Of a stretch of 64,000 nucleotides of DNA, positions 52,712-64,000 are shown piece after piece (within the stretch, counting starts at the first letter, position 1; each line of letters opens with the position of its first letter). Source of the stretch: Squalus acanthias (lineage: Eukaryota); assembly GCA_030390025.1 (NCBI GenBank), contig CM059431.1, forward strand, positions 103,356,001 to 103,420,000, written 5' to 3'. Below the pieces are notes generated by a model that was given only the letters and a program-made list of their open reading frames with translations, was not told the DNA's origin and ran no database searches. The position numbers and the translations under genes were made by a program.

Positions 52712-53470
52712 TATAAGAACATAAGAAACAGGAGCAGGAATAGGCCACTTGGCCCCTCGAGCCTGCTCCGCCATTCAATAAGATCATGGCTGATCTTGGG
52801 CTCAAAGCCACTTCCCAGCCCGCTCCCCATAACCCTTCACTCCCTTATCTTGCAAAAATTTGTCTATCTCCACTTTAAATGTATTTAATGACCCAGCCTC
52901 CACAGCTCTCTGGGGCAGAGAATTCCACAGATTTACGACCCTCTGAGAGAAGAAGTTCCTCCTCATCTCAGTTCTAAAAGGGCGACCCTTTATTCTGAGA
53001 CTGTGCCCCTGAGTTCTAGATTTCCCCACGAGGGGAAACATCCTCTCTGCATCTACCTTGTCGAGCCCCCTCAGTATCTTATATGTTTCGATAAGATCAC
53101 CTCTCATTCTTCTAAATTCCAATGAGTATAGGCCCAGCCTGCTCAACCTTTCCTCATAAGTCAAACCCCTCATCTCTGGAATTAACCTAGTGAATCGTCT
53201 CTGAACTGCTTCCAATGCAAGTATATCCTTCCTTAAATAAGGAGACCAAAACTGTACGCAGTACTCAAGGTGTGGTCTCACCAATACCTTGTACAGTTGT
53301 AGCAGGACTTCCCTGCTTTTATAGTCCAACCCCCTTGAAATAAAGGCCAACATTCCATTTGCCTTTTGATTACTTGCTGTATCTGCATGCTAACTTTTTG
53401 TGTTTCATGCACAAGGACCCCCAGGTCCCTCTGAACTGTAGCATTTTGTAATCTCTCACCATTTAAATAA
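52712..53470 (-). mobile_element. CR1 3' region
   Basis: ORF 52802-53353 [19 protein letters not shown]. Confidence 0.95.
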
Positions 53471-53714
53471 TAGTTTACTTTTTTATTTTTCCTCTTGCTC
53501 TCACTAACACAGACATAATTTCTTTCAAATACAAAATTTATCTGAATAAAGCTTTTAAAATTCATCTTCTTTGAAAAACAAATTTGAATACTAATTTTGA
53601 AAAATTATTTTGAAAAATAACCGAATAGATTTAGTTAAAGAGTGAGAAAAGCATTCTGTCATTTGGCTAGCTTAAATACTACTGAGGCACCTTGGGGCAT
53701 TGTGTATACTACAC

Positions 53715-54505
53715 AGAAGGGGAGGTTTAATGGAGGGGTTCAAAAATATGAGGGGTTTTGATAGAATAAATCGGGAGAAACTGTTTCCAGTGGCAGGGGG
53801 GTCGGTAACCAGGTGTCATAGATTTAAGGTAATTGGCAAAAGAACCGGGGTGGGGGGGGAAATGAGGAGAATTTCTTTTACGCAGCGAGTTGTTATGATC
53901 TGGAATGCACTGCATGAAAAGGGTGGTGGAAGCAGATTCAATAAATTACAACGAGAGATTAGACAAATTAGGGTTGTATTCCCTAGAATTTAGAAGGTTA
54001 AGGGGTGATTTGATCGAAGCTTTCAAGATTTTAAAGGGAACAGATAGAGAGAAACTATTTGCGCTGGTTGGGGATTCTAGGACTAGGGAGCATAGTCTAA
54101 AAATTAGAGCCAGACCTTTCAGGAGTGAAATTAGGAAAGACTTCTACACAAACAATATTTGATGCTAGATCAATTGTTAATTTTAAATCTGAGATTGATA
54201 GATTTTTGATTACCAAAGGTGTTAAGGGATATGGGCCGAAGGCGGGTATATGGAGTTAGGTCGCAGATCAGCCATGATCTCATTGAATGACGGAACAGGC
54301 TCGAGGGGCTGAATGGCCTCCTCCTGTTCCTATGTTCCTAATAGTAACTTTCGAAAGAGAATTGGGCAAATACTTGATGGGGAAAAAATTTGCAGGGCTA
54401 TGGGGAAAGAGCAGGGGTGGAGTGGGACTAATTGGAGAGCTGTTTCAAAGAGCCGGCACAGGCACAATGGGCCAAATGGCCTCCTTCTGTGCTGCAGGAT
54501 TCTAC
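53715..54505 (+). mobile_element. Two nested CR1 3' ends
   Basis: The outer copy is broken at gcagattcaata and resumes aatagtaact ~54340. The inner copy spans ~53945-54340. Confidence 0.85.
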
Positions 54506-55265
54506 ATATATAATTATATATACTTGGACTGTAGAACCTGGCTTCAGCTGACAGAATCACCGATCTAGGCAAAATAAGTCCAAGTTCAGGGTTTTGAGAC
54601 GGGCTAAGATCGTTAAATAAAAACCTGAATAAAGGCACGAGAAGACGCAAAGTCAAACTCAACAGATAAATGTAATGATGTCAGTACGATATACGTACAT
54701 TTTTTGAATGCGTTGTTTTAGACAACATCTTATCTTGGACATCAATAATTTGAGTTCACGAAAAAAACAACTTATTTTAAATGCAATGTGAGTTGATTCA
54801 TCAATAAATCATGGATGTGAAATAGTTATATAAAGAATCCCATTATAAATGTTTGTACAGGAACTTTTCATTCAAAGTATTCACATAAAAATGATTACAG
54901 GAAACAACATTTGTGTACAGGGTTTGTGCACTATGCACAGGAATTTAAAAAATAGATAGATGTATTCTGAAAGGTTACAGTGACAGCATTTTTTATTCAT
55001 GTGTGTATAAACAATGCTTGTTTTTGAATATTGAATACAAACAGTTGCAACTTCTGGCAGGACCTTATCATGATTGGTTCTGAATAAAAGTTCTGGTTTT
55101 AACAATGATTTAGTTTTATTTTGTTTACCCTTAGTTCTGTTGCACAGGTTTTGCAAATTAGTTTAGTCTTTTCTTAAGTTTGATACATATTTTTTTTGGC
55201 CTTTCCGATAAAAACGCACACCCGAAACAGATGCACAGCAAAGAGCTGGTGGTATACTGTAGTTA

Positions 55266-55640
55266 AGAATCATAGAATGATACAGCGCAGTAGGAGGCCA
55301 TTCGGCCCATCGTGTTCTGAAAGAGCTCACCAATTAGTCCCGCACCGCTGCTCTTTCCCCTGCAGATGTTTCCTTGTGGAGTATTTATCCAATTTATTTT
55401 TGAAAGTTACTATTGAATCTGCTTCCACCACCTTTTCAGGCTGCGTAAAAAAAAAATTCTCCTCATCTCCCCTCTGGTTCTTTTGCCTTCAATCTGCGTC
55501 CTCTGGTTACCGACCCTTGCGCCAGTAGAAACAGTTTCTCACTATCTACTCTATCAGAACCCTTCATTAGTTTTAACACCACTATTAAATTTCCCCTTAA
55601 CCTACCCTGCTCTACGAAGAACAGTCACCGCTTCTCTAGT
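55266..55640 (-). mobile_element. CR1 3' end
   Basis: Reverse match to the 41478 subfamily. Confidence 0.8.
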
Positions 55641-55969
55641 CTGAACTGGCAGTATAGCAAAGAGCTGGTAATATTGTATAGAAATTATAGAATAATAAAC
55701 AGCTGATAGTTAAGAGCTGGTAGTATAGTAATGAGCTGATCTCCTGGCATTTGCAAGTTATGAAGTAACTAGTCTTCAGCATGGTGCCTCTTGACCCTTG
55801 GGTAGACAGCAGCAGTTGGGCGGAATTAAAACTTTGGCGGGGGTGTCAAACAAGCGATATCGGATTGGCCGTCCTTTATTCCCTCCATCTGATTGTCATT
55901 TCCATTGGTACCGCCCCCTATCCCCCCACCCCCACTTCCCAAAGTTGAAAGGTCCGCCGGTAGTTTCTG

Positions 55970-56500
55970 CAGTTTGCTCTTGCCTCTGAGTCAGAAAGGT
56001 TGTGGATTCGGGTCCCCGCACCGGAGACATGAGCGCAAAACCTAGGCTGACACTCAAAGTGCAGTACTGTGGGAGTGCTGCACTGTCGAAGGTGTTGTCT
56101 TTCGGATGAGACGTTAAACCAAGGCCCCGTCTGCCCTCTCAGGTGGCCCGGTGTCCTGGGGCCAATATTTATCCCTCAACCAACATCAGTAAAAACATCG
56201 GGTCATTATCACATTGCTGTTTGTGGGAGCTTGCTGTGCGCAAATTGGCTACCGTGTTTTCTACATTACAACAGAGACTGATGTAAGAAAACTACTGGGC
56301 ACTTGGTCTGAGCGTTAAACAAAGCTTTAATCAACTGTTTTTCAACATGGAGATCTAGTTGTGTCCTTTTCTAGTTCCTGTTGAGGAATGTCCTAAGCAA
56401 GCTGGGCTCATGCCCGAGTATTTATACTCTACCTGGACAGCGCCACCAGCAGGCCGCCCAGTATTACTTCATACAAGATTCATGTCAGTGACTACACGTG
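55970..56500 (+). mobile_element. DeuSINE interrupted by a solo LTR
   Basis: Head and Deu domain; the tail resumes gtgactacac at 56488. Confidence 0.85.
56279..56487 (-). mobile_element. Solo LTR (209 bp)
   Basis: TG...CA ends; minus-strand tataaata and attaaa; 5-bp flanks gagac/gtgac duplicating the SINE target. Confidence 0.75.
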
Positions 56501-56505
56501 AAAAG

Positions 56506-56572
56506 TCCTTCCTTCCTTCCTTCCTTCCTCCTTCCTTCCTTCCTTCCTTCCTTCCTTCCTTCCTTCCCTTCC
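56506..56572. repeat. (TTCC)n microsatellite
   Basis: Directly visible. Confidence 0.95.
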
Positions 56573-58014
56573 ATTCATTTGCTTTTGTGAATATATTCAA
56601 ATAGAAGTTGTCTTCACATCTGCCAGTTGACCTGGCTTCTCCTCTTCAGGTGTATATTCGGTGGGATTGCTCTTCCACCTGTCCCTCCATGTACCCCTCC
56701 AGCCCAGGATTCATTGGAGATGCTCAGTGGGCTGTAGCTGAGATTCCTGCCATCAGGAGGACGTGAGACAAGGAGCACAGAGGCAGCCCTGTAGATTGGG
56801 ACGAGGCCGCCACCGAAAGGCCTTGGCCAACACTGGGGCCTCCTGCCACCTTCCACATGGTGGCGCCAGGAAACGGCGGTGAGTGTGGCCGAGGAGAGCA
56901 GGGAAATCTCCCGGGATCCCGGGGCCCTACCAGAGAATGGAAAGCAATGAAGGAGCAGTAAGACTGTCTAAGAGGTTGTCACGGGCCAGCAATAAATTTG
57001 TAGCAGGTTGAGAGGCAACCTGTGGTGGCACACACGGTTGGACCATCTACTTGGTATAGGACACTATTGGCTAGCTGGATCTTGGCAGCTTCATTAAGGC
57101 TAGACATCCTCTTGATCTGTGCCCTTTCCCTTCAGGTAGCGGGCACACTTTGATCCTGGCTGGAATTTCCTGCTAAGTGTGCCACACTGGTCTTTTTGGG
57201 AATAGTATCCTGGAGTGCCAAAAATGGCAACCTTATTTGAATCCACTTCACGCATCAGCATTTTTGCCCTGCTAACCACCATACAGTCCTGGGTTGCTTC
57301 ACTTGTTAGCCAGAGACTGCCTTTTCTGCCTTCACAAATATTTAGTTCACCCAGAAAATTCTGTCAACTCCTTTTTCATGCATTTTAGCCCTCTTCAAAT
57401 TTGTACCCTCCGCAGAGATCGCTTCCCTTTAAATGACCGCTTCCCCTCAAATGACAACTGTAGCTCTGGCGATGTTCTATCCCGACTGCCACCTTTTGGA
57501 TAAACCCCTTGGGAGAAGGACCGACCCAAGCTGGGAACTGACAGTCAGTCTCTAGTCAGGGCTGAACCTGGAGAAGTTTCCTATATTGTGAGTTGGTGAA
57601 GCGAACAGTGCACGGCCTGAGTCGCAGGAGCAGAGAATCTACAGCCCCACTACCCCGAGGAGAGGAGAGAAAAAAGAAAGACTTGCATTTATATAGCGCC
57701 TTTCACGACCTCAGGACGCCCCCAAAGCGCTTCACAGCCAATGAAGTACTTTTGAAGCATTATTAGCGTGTCTTGGAAATAGACAATTTATGATCTGCAA
57801 CATCTGCCAAAGGTCAACCACTGACTACAACCTGTTGGTCCCTCGACACCCAGCTCCTCTCCTACATCATGATCCCCTGCCAAACGTGCCTTGTTCTCTG
57901 CTGCTTCTTCCACATCGTTGAACATCGTTAACCATGACCTTGAATTTCCGTGGGTTGGTCCCGATCTGCTGCTGGGACTTTGGCAGGACATTGGCTGAAC
58001 CCCACCCTGATAAT

Positions 58015-58212
58015 GTCTCTTAATCTCTCCTGCCTTCCATCCTATCACAGACCTTCCCTTTTCTTATTTCCTCCCCTCCCCTCTCTCCCTGCCCAAAAAC
58101 CTGTTCCATCTCCAGCATTTTCCAGTTCTGACGAAGGGTCATCGACCTGAAACGTTAACTCTGTTTCTCTCTCTCCACAGATGCTGCCTGACCTGCTGAG
58201 TATTTCCAGTTT
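58015..58212 (+). mobile_element. Penelope 3' repeat
   Basis: Matches 1150-1375. Confidence 0.8.
58124..58160 (+). ncRNA. Candidate minimal hammerhead ribozyme (best-preserved copy)
   Basis: agtt-CTGACGA-agggtc-atc-gacct-GAAAC-GTT-aact; stem I agtt/aact. Confidence 0.7.
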
Positions 58213-59439
58213 TTATACCCCTGCTCTTCTTTGAAATAGTGCCATGGGATCTTTTACATCCACCTGACACTCTCGGTTTAACGCCTCATCCGAAAGACGG
58301 CACCTCTGGCAGTGCTGCACTCCCTCTGTACTGCACTGGGAGTGTCAGCCTAGATTTTATGTGCTCGAGTCTCTGGAGTGGGACTTGAACCCAAGACCTT
58401 CTGACTCAGAGGCGAGGGTGCTACCAACTGGCTGACAGAGGAGGAGGAAGTAAACTGGAGAACAAAATGCATTAAAAATAAACTTGCCTCAGAGAATTGC
58501 CTGTATCTACAAGACACATTTGTACTTTTGGGAAGTGCTAATTAATCTTCTGAAAGTGATTGAAAAATATGTGGATGGATGGCCCACTCTGCGATTATCA
58601 AATCAAGTGCTGCTAAATTTGAATGACTTGAGTTTTGTACAGAGGCTTGAATAATTTGATAGAGGCCATTCCTAAGTGGGCAGCGCACGGCTAAGTAATT
58701 TAATGACTTCTAATTAATAACACACAATTAATATAATAACTGCATTTTAATTATAGCACGATACTTCTGCATGTAACAGAACCAAGACATTTCCTTAATG
58801 AAACTGTATCTTTGTTTATTAGTGTTTTCAATCCCTCACTGTCAAACTCCACTCCAGTATGAGATGCAGTCAAACACAATGCAAGTTCTTCTGAAGCCAC
58901 ACAGGTTGGCAGCCTGTGGGCTAGAATGGAAATGAGGCAAGTATCATCTACTTGTAGGAAACATGTCACTCTATTGACAGAGATTGCATTCCCGACTGAA
59001 CTGGAGTCGGTTGACAGTAGTGTGTAATTGTGTGAGGCAAACTGTAAATGGACCCACCGACGTTACGCAGGCAATTACCATTGTAGTTAGCTTTCATGTC
59101 ATGTCTTGCATGCAATTATTGGAATTAAATGAGAAAATTAGATGATTCTGTCATTGATGACACCGGTTCAAAAATATTATGCATAGTTTATGAATAGGAT
59201 GCCAACATATTTCAGCTTTGATTGCTAAGGCATCGTTGTGACCGTCTGTCAACAGTGTTACTGCGATGTTGTATTTACAGTGTTTAACTTAAGTGATTTC
59301 CAAAGAGAATCGCTCTTGCAATGTCACGAGAACTCTGATTTTCTCAAAACACTGACAGTACGTTTTGCAGGGAGGACTGTAAATAAAGCTGATCTCATTC
59401 CCTTATTTCTTTGCGTCAATGTGTTTGGGTTTATATGTT

Positions 59440-60918
59440 GGGCCTGAATTTGCGATCGGAGGCTTCCCGCGGGTGGATGCCTCCGAACGGCAAAAAAAAA
59501 TATCTACGAACCTACCTGCTGGTCTTGGATCCACGCAGACTCGCGCTCCCGGGCCGCTACATGCGTAGATATGTGTAGCGGCCCACGTGCCCCAGGGGTG
59601 CGCAGGCGGCTCACAAGCTGCCCTGGGATCACGTGGGCCAGCCCAACCAATGAAAGAAGGGGGATCCCCATTCGTGCTTATGGGGATGCCGTACGTATAG
59701 AAACCCCGTAAGCACGAATGGGGATCACATAACAAACACTTTGGGCCGTAATTTGCGGCCCCATACAAGGTGCGCACGACGCGCCCATAGGGGCCGCGCA
59801 GGTTCCGGGTTTAGGCATGCGCTGCGCATGCGCGAAAACCCAGAACTTGCGATCTGTCAAGAAGCTGCTCGACTGATCATCCACATCCCCCTGGAGATGG
59901 GCCTCCACGGGCGGAGAGTTGGGCTTCTGCCCAGCAAATGCCCATGAAATTCTTACGCCTGGTAAACACAGCGTAAGGCCTGCTTTTACCAGCGTAGGAA
60001 TTTAAAAAAACATAAAAATAACATTTTATCAATAATTTATACATTAAAACACCTGTGAAATAAGTTTATTTTTAACCCCATTAAAACATGTAAATTAATT
60101 TTTCAAAAAATTAATTTTTTGTTTTAAGTATTTAATGAAATGCCATTTTAATTCATTTTAAGCATGTGATTTAAAAAAAAATGTATTTGATGTCTAGGTG
60201 TATTTTTTGGGGTAATTCCCATTCATGCTTATGGGGTTTCTGTGCGTATGGAACTCCCATAAGCATGAATGGGGGGGATTCCCTTCTTTCATTGGTTGGT
60301 CCAGCCCACATGATCCCAGGGGCGCTCGCGAACCACCTGCACCCTGGGATACGTGACCGGAGAGCCCCAGGAACGCGAGTCTCCGTATCTCCCGGGCCAC
60401 CAGGTAGGCGCTGATTTTATTTGAGGATCGGAAGCATTTCCCTGTGGGAAGCTTTCGACTGCAAATTCAGGGCCTTTAACATAACAAATAAAAACATTTT
60501 AAATTACATATTTAAAATTAATTAAAATGCAATTTAATTAAACATTTAAAACAAAAATGCAATTTTTTGAAAAAGAAATTTACATGTTTTAAAGGGGCTA
60601 AAAATAACCTTACCTTATTTTACAGGTGTTTTAATGTTTAAATAATTTTTATATTCATTTAAACTCTTACGCTGGTAAAAGCTGACCCGACCCCTGCTTT
60701 TACCAGGCGTAAGAATTTCACGGGCATTCGCCGGGCAGATAGTCCAACTCTCCGCCCGCGGAGGCCCTTTTCCCGGGGACGGCTACGAGCTGCCAAGAAG
60801 CTTCTTGACAGATCGCAAGTTCCGCATTCTCGCGCATGCGCTTTGCGCGTGAAAACCCAGAACTTGCGCGGCCCTTACGGGCGCGTAGGCACCCGTAGGG
60901 GCCGCAAAATATGGACCC
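59440..60918. mobile_element. MITE family B with a second family-B copy nested inside
   Basis: Outer TIRs gggcctgaatttgcg / cgcaaaatatggaccc. Inner copy 59743-60474 is in the opposite orientation with a ttt/ttt duplication. Confidence 0.88.
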
Positions 60919-60964
60919 TTATTTCCAGCACTATATTGCAAAATACCTGTGCGCAAACATTTAG

Positions 60965-61225
60965 AGAGAGGCATTTCAGGAGTGAAATTAGGAAACACTT
61001 CTACACACAAAGGGTGGTAGGAGTTTGGAACTCTCTTCCGCAAACGGCAATTGATGCTAGATCAATTGTTAATATTAAATCTGAGATTTTTGTTAACCAA
61101 AGGTATTAATGGATATGGGCCAAAGGCGGGTATATAGAGTTAGGTCGCAGATCAGCCATGATCGCATTGAATGGCGGAACAGGCTCGAGGGACTCAGTGG
61201 CCGCCTCCTGTTCCTATCTTCCTAA
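60965..61225 (+). mobile_element. CR1 3' end
   Basis: FRSEIRKHFYTQRVVGVWNSLP. Confidence 0.85.
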
Positions 61226-61600
61226 AGAAACGAGCAAGTGCTAGAGATCTGAAATCAAAGCTGAAGATGTACAGTTAGCATCTGAAAAAAAAAGAATTAC
61301 ATATTCCATAGAATTACATAGGATATACGGCACAGAAACAGGCCATTTGGCCCAACCAGTCCATGCCGGTGTTTATGCTCCACTCGAGCCTCCTCCCATT
61401 CTTCCTCATCTATCAGTATAACCCTCTATTCCCTTCTCCCTCATGTGCTTATCCAGCCTCCCCTTAAATGCATCTATACTATTTGCGTCAACTACTCCCT
61501 GTGGCAGCTTAATGCTTTGGGTGGGATCCATCATTAGAAGGGTCTTGAGATAAATGACAGTTTAACAGAGCTAACTTTCCTCTTCGCTGCACCTGCGGAA

Positions 61601-63410
61601 ATCATAGAATCATAGAAAGTTACAGCACGGAAGGAAGCTATTTCGGCCCATCGTGTCTGCGCCGGCCAACAAAGAACTATCCAACCTAATCCCACTTCCC
61701 AGCTCTTGGTCCATAGCCCTGCAGGTTAGAGCATCCCAAGTGCACATCCAAGTATTTTTTAAATGTGGTTAGGGTTTCTGCCTCTACCACCCTTTCAGGC
61801 AGTGAGTTCCAGACCCCCACAACCCTCTGGGTGAAGAAATTCCCCTCAAATCCCCTCTAAACCTTCCATCAATTACTTTAAATCTGTGCCCCCTGGTTTT
61901 TGACCCCTCTGCTAAGGGAAATAGATCCTTTCTATCCACTTTATCTAGGCCCCTCATAATTTTATACACCTCAATAAGGTCTCCCCTCAGCCTCTTCTGT
62001 TCCAAGGAAAACAAACCCAGCCTATCCAGTCTTTCCTCATCGCTAAGATTCTCTAGTCCCAGCAACATCCTTGTAAATCTCCTCTGTACCCTCTCTAGTG
62101 CAATCACATCTTTCCTGTAATGTGGTGACCAGAACTGCACACAGTACTCTAGCTGAGGCTTAACTAGTGTTTTATACAGTTGAAGCATAACCCCCTGTTC
62201 TTGTATTCTATGCCACGGCTAATAAAGGCAAGCATTCCGTATGCCTTCTTAACCACCTTATCTACCTGGCTTGCTACCTTCAGGGATCTGTGGACATGCA
62301 CTCCAAGGTCCCTTTGTTCCTCTACACTACTCAGTGTCCTACCATTTAATGTGTATTCCCTTTCCTTGTTAGCCCTCCACAAATGCATTACCTCACACTT
62401 CTCCGGATTGAATTCCATTTGCCACTGTTCTGCCCACCTGACCAACTTATTGATATCTTCCTGCAGTCTACAGCTTCCTTCTTCAGTATCAACCACACAG
62501 CCGATATTAGTATCATCTGCAAACTTCTCAATCATACCCACTATATTCAAGTCTAGATCATTGATATATACTACAAAAAGCAAGGGACCTAGTACTGAGC
62601 CCTGCGGAACCCCTGCGAAACATCCTTCCTGTCACAAAAACACCTATCAACCATTACCCTCTGCTTCCTATCTCCGAGCCAGTTTTGAATCCAACTTGAC
62701 ACGTTGCCCTGGATCGCATGGGCTTTTAACTTTGTGACCAGTCTGCCATGTGGAACCTTATCAAAAGCCTTGCTAAAGTCTATATACACTACATCAAATA
62801 CACTACCCTCATCTACCCTCCTTGTTACCTCCTCAAAAAATTCAATCAAGTTTGTCAGACACGACCTTCCCTTAACAAATCCGTGCTGACTATCCTTGAT
62901 TAATCCGTGTCTTTCTAAATGAAGATTTATCCTGTCCTTCAGAATTCTTTCCAATAATTCTCCCACCACCAAGGTTAGGCTGACTGGCCTGTAATTACTC
63001 GGTCTATCCTTTTCTCCCTTTTTAAACAAGGGTTCCACATTAGCAGTCCTCCAGTCCTCCGGCACCACACCTGAAGCAAGAGAGGATTGGAAAATGATGG
63101 TCAGGGCCTCTGCTATTTCCTCTTCTGCTTCGCTTAACAGCCTGGGATGCATTTAATCCGGGCCTGGGAATTTACCCAGCTTTAAAGCTGCTAAACCCCT
63201 TAATACTTCCTCTCTCACTATGTTTATTTCATCTAATATTTCACACTCCTCCCCCCTGATAGCAATGTCTGCTTTGCCCCTCTCCTTTGTGAAAACAGAC
63301 GCAAAGTATTTATGAAGAACCCTACCGACGTCTCCCGCCTCCACACACAGATTACCCTCATGATCTCTAATAGGCCCTACCCTTTCTTTAGTTATCCTCT
63401 TACTCTTATT
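61601..63410 (-). mobile_element. CR1 LINE ORF2 RT region to 3' end, frameshifted
   Basis: VPEDWRTANV..NYRPVSLT..SQHGFVKGRSCLTNL..DFSKAFDKVPH..KFADDT..LYKTLVKPQLEYC. Confidence 0.95.
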
Positions 63411-63773
63411 CTCTCTGGTACATTACGCTGGGATGTTCTAACTTCAGGAGGGCTGAAGGAGCCCCGGGGGAAACTCAACTGCCTTCAGGTCAGCCTGTTC
63501 TTCAGCATGATCTTTGGGTCTCCGGGCTTTCTGGCAGCTGTGCTCCTGTTTCTACCATTCCCCCATTCCCGGACACAATTTCCCTCCAGGTTGGTAGGCC
63601 TGCCTTGGAGGTGGTGGGGAGGGGGGTGGGTTGGCGGGGGGTGGGGAGTGGTGGGGCTGGGGGGGGTGGTGATCTGTGCCTCTCGCAGGCATCAGCGCAC
63701 CTTGGGCATGTTGCATCTGTCTGCTGCCCTGTGCAGCGGCAGGCGGAGAATCGGCCCTTAGCGGTCTACCTCA

Positions 63774-64000
63774 AATGTATTGCCCCTCTGACAGTGCGGC
63801 GCTCCCTCAGTACTGCCCCTCCAACAGTGCGGCGCTCCCTCAGTACTGCCCCTCTGACAGTGCGACGCTCCCTCAGTACTGCCCCTCCGACAGTGCGGCG
63901 CTCCCTCAGTACTGCCCCTCCGACAGTGCGGCGCTCCCTCAGTACTGCCCCTCCGACAGTGCGGCGCTCCCTCAGTACTGCCCCTCCGACAGTGCGGCGC
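63774..64000. repeat. 33-bp tandem repeat derived from the DeuSINE, running off the window end
   Basis: Unit ctcagtactgcccctccgacagtgcggcgctcc, about 7 copies. Confidence 0.92.

Larger units (their letters stand above)
57670..58435 (-). mobile_element. DeuSINE pieces (57670-57757, 58217-58435) around other repeats
   Basis: Tail and head segments on the reverse strand. Confidence 0.75.
56620..59439 (-). pseudogene. Endogenous Mononegavirales-like L fossil (L-C), N-terminal part only
   Basis: Minus-strand translation: KEMSWFCYMQKY ~58800-58760; VQMCLVDTGNSLR ~58525-58487; K*SNP at 57304-57290 (tga agc aac cca, where the first three codons are each one base from W-G-H and the fourth is P). This is followed by MREVDSNKVAIFG, which resembles L-A MRQVVLRKMAIFG at the same position. 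Confidence 0.55.

Noticed and set aside
54510..55260. AT-rich island as a continuation of L-C (also 51530-51830 and 52370-52710)
   Set aside because: No recognisable L motifs in the frame I read for this island, and the two smaller islands were not translated. Left unassigned.
63774..64000. CRISPR-like 33-bp repeats
   Set aside because: There are no spacers, the units are head to tail and SINE-derived, and the context is eukaryotic.

Overview
Repeat-dense vertebrate DNA, most likely a cartilaginous fish (shark). The evidence is SacSINE1-like DeuSINEs, CR1 and L2 LINEs, Penelope elements and Harbinger transposons and MITEs. No intact host gene is visible, and nearly all listed ORFs are transposon fragments or low-complexity artefacts. 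Main result: when the TE insertions are removed by eye, the remaining 'unique' islands join into three heavily degraded, intron-less, Mononegavirales-like L (RNA polymerase) gene fossils. L-A is on the minus strand (~46150->22930), near full length and paramyxo/pneumo-like. L-B is on the plus strand (~2150->19830, possibly from base 1) and more rhabdovirus-like. L-C is on the minus strand (~59440->56620) and covers the N-terminal part only. Together they would form a cluster of endogenous non-retroviral RNA-virus elements. These calls rest on manual translation across many stops and frameshifts and on motif order recalled from known L proteins, so they need profile-search confirmation. Also present: a full-length decayed Gypsy LTR element carrying three MITEs, a 5-kb CA-rich minisatellite, Penelope tails with candidate hammerhead ribozymes, two solo LTRs and a SINE-derived 33-bp tandem repeat.
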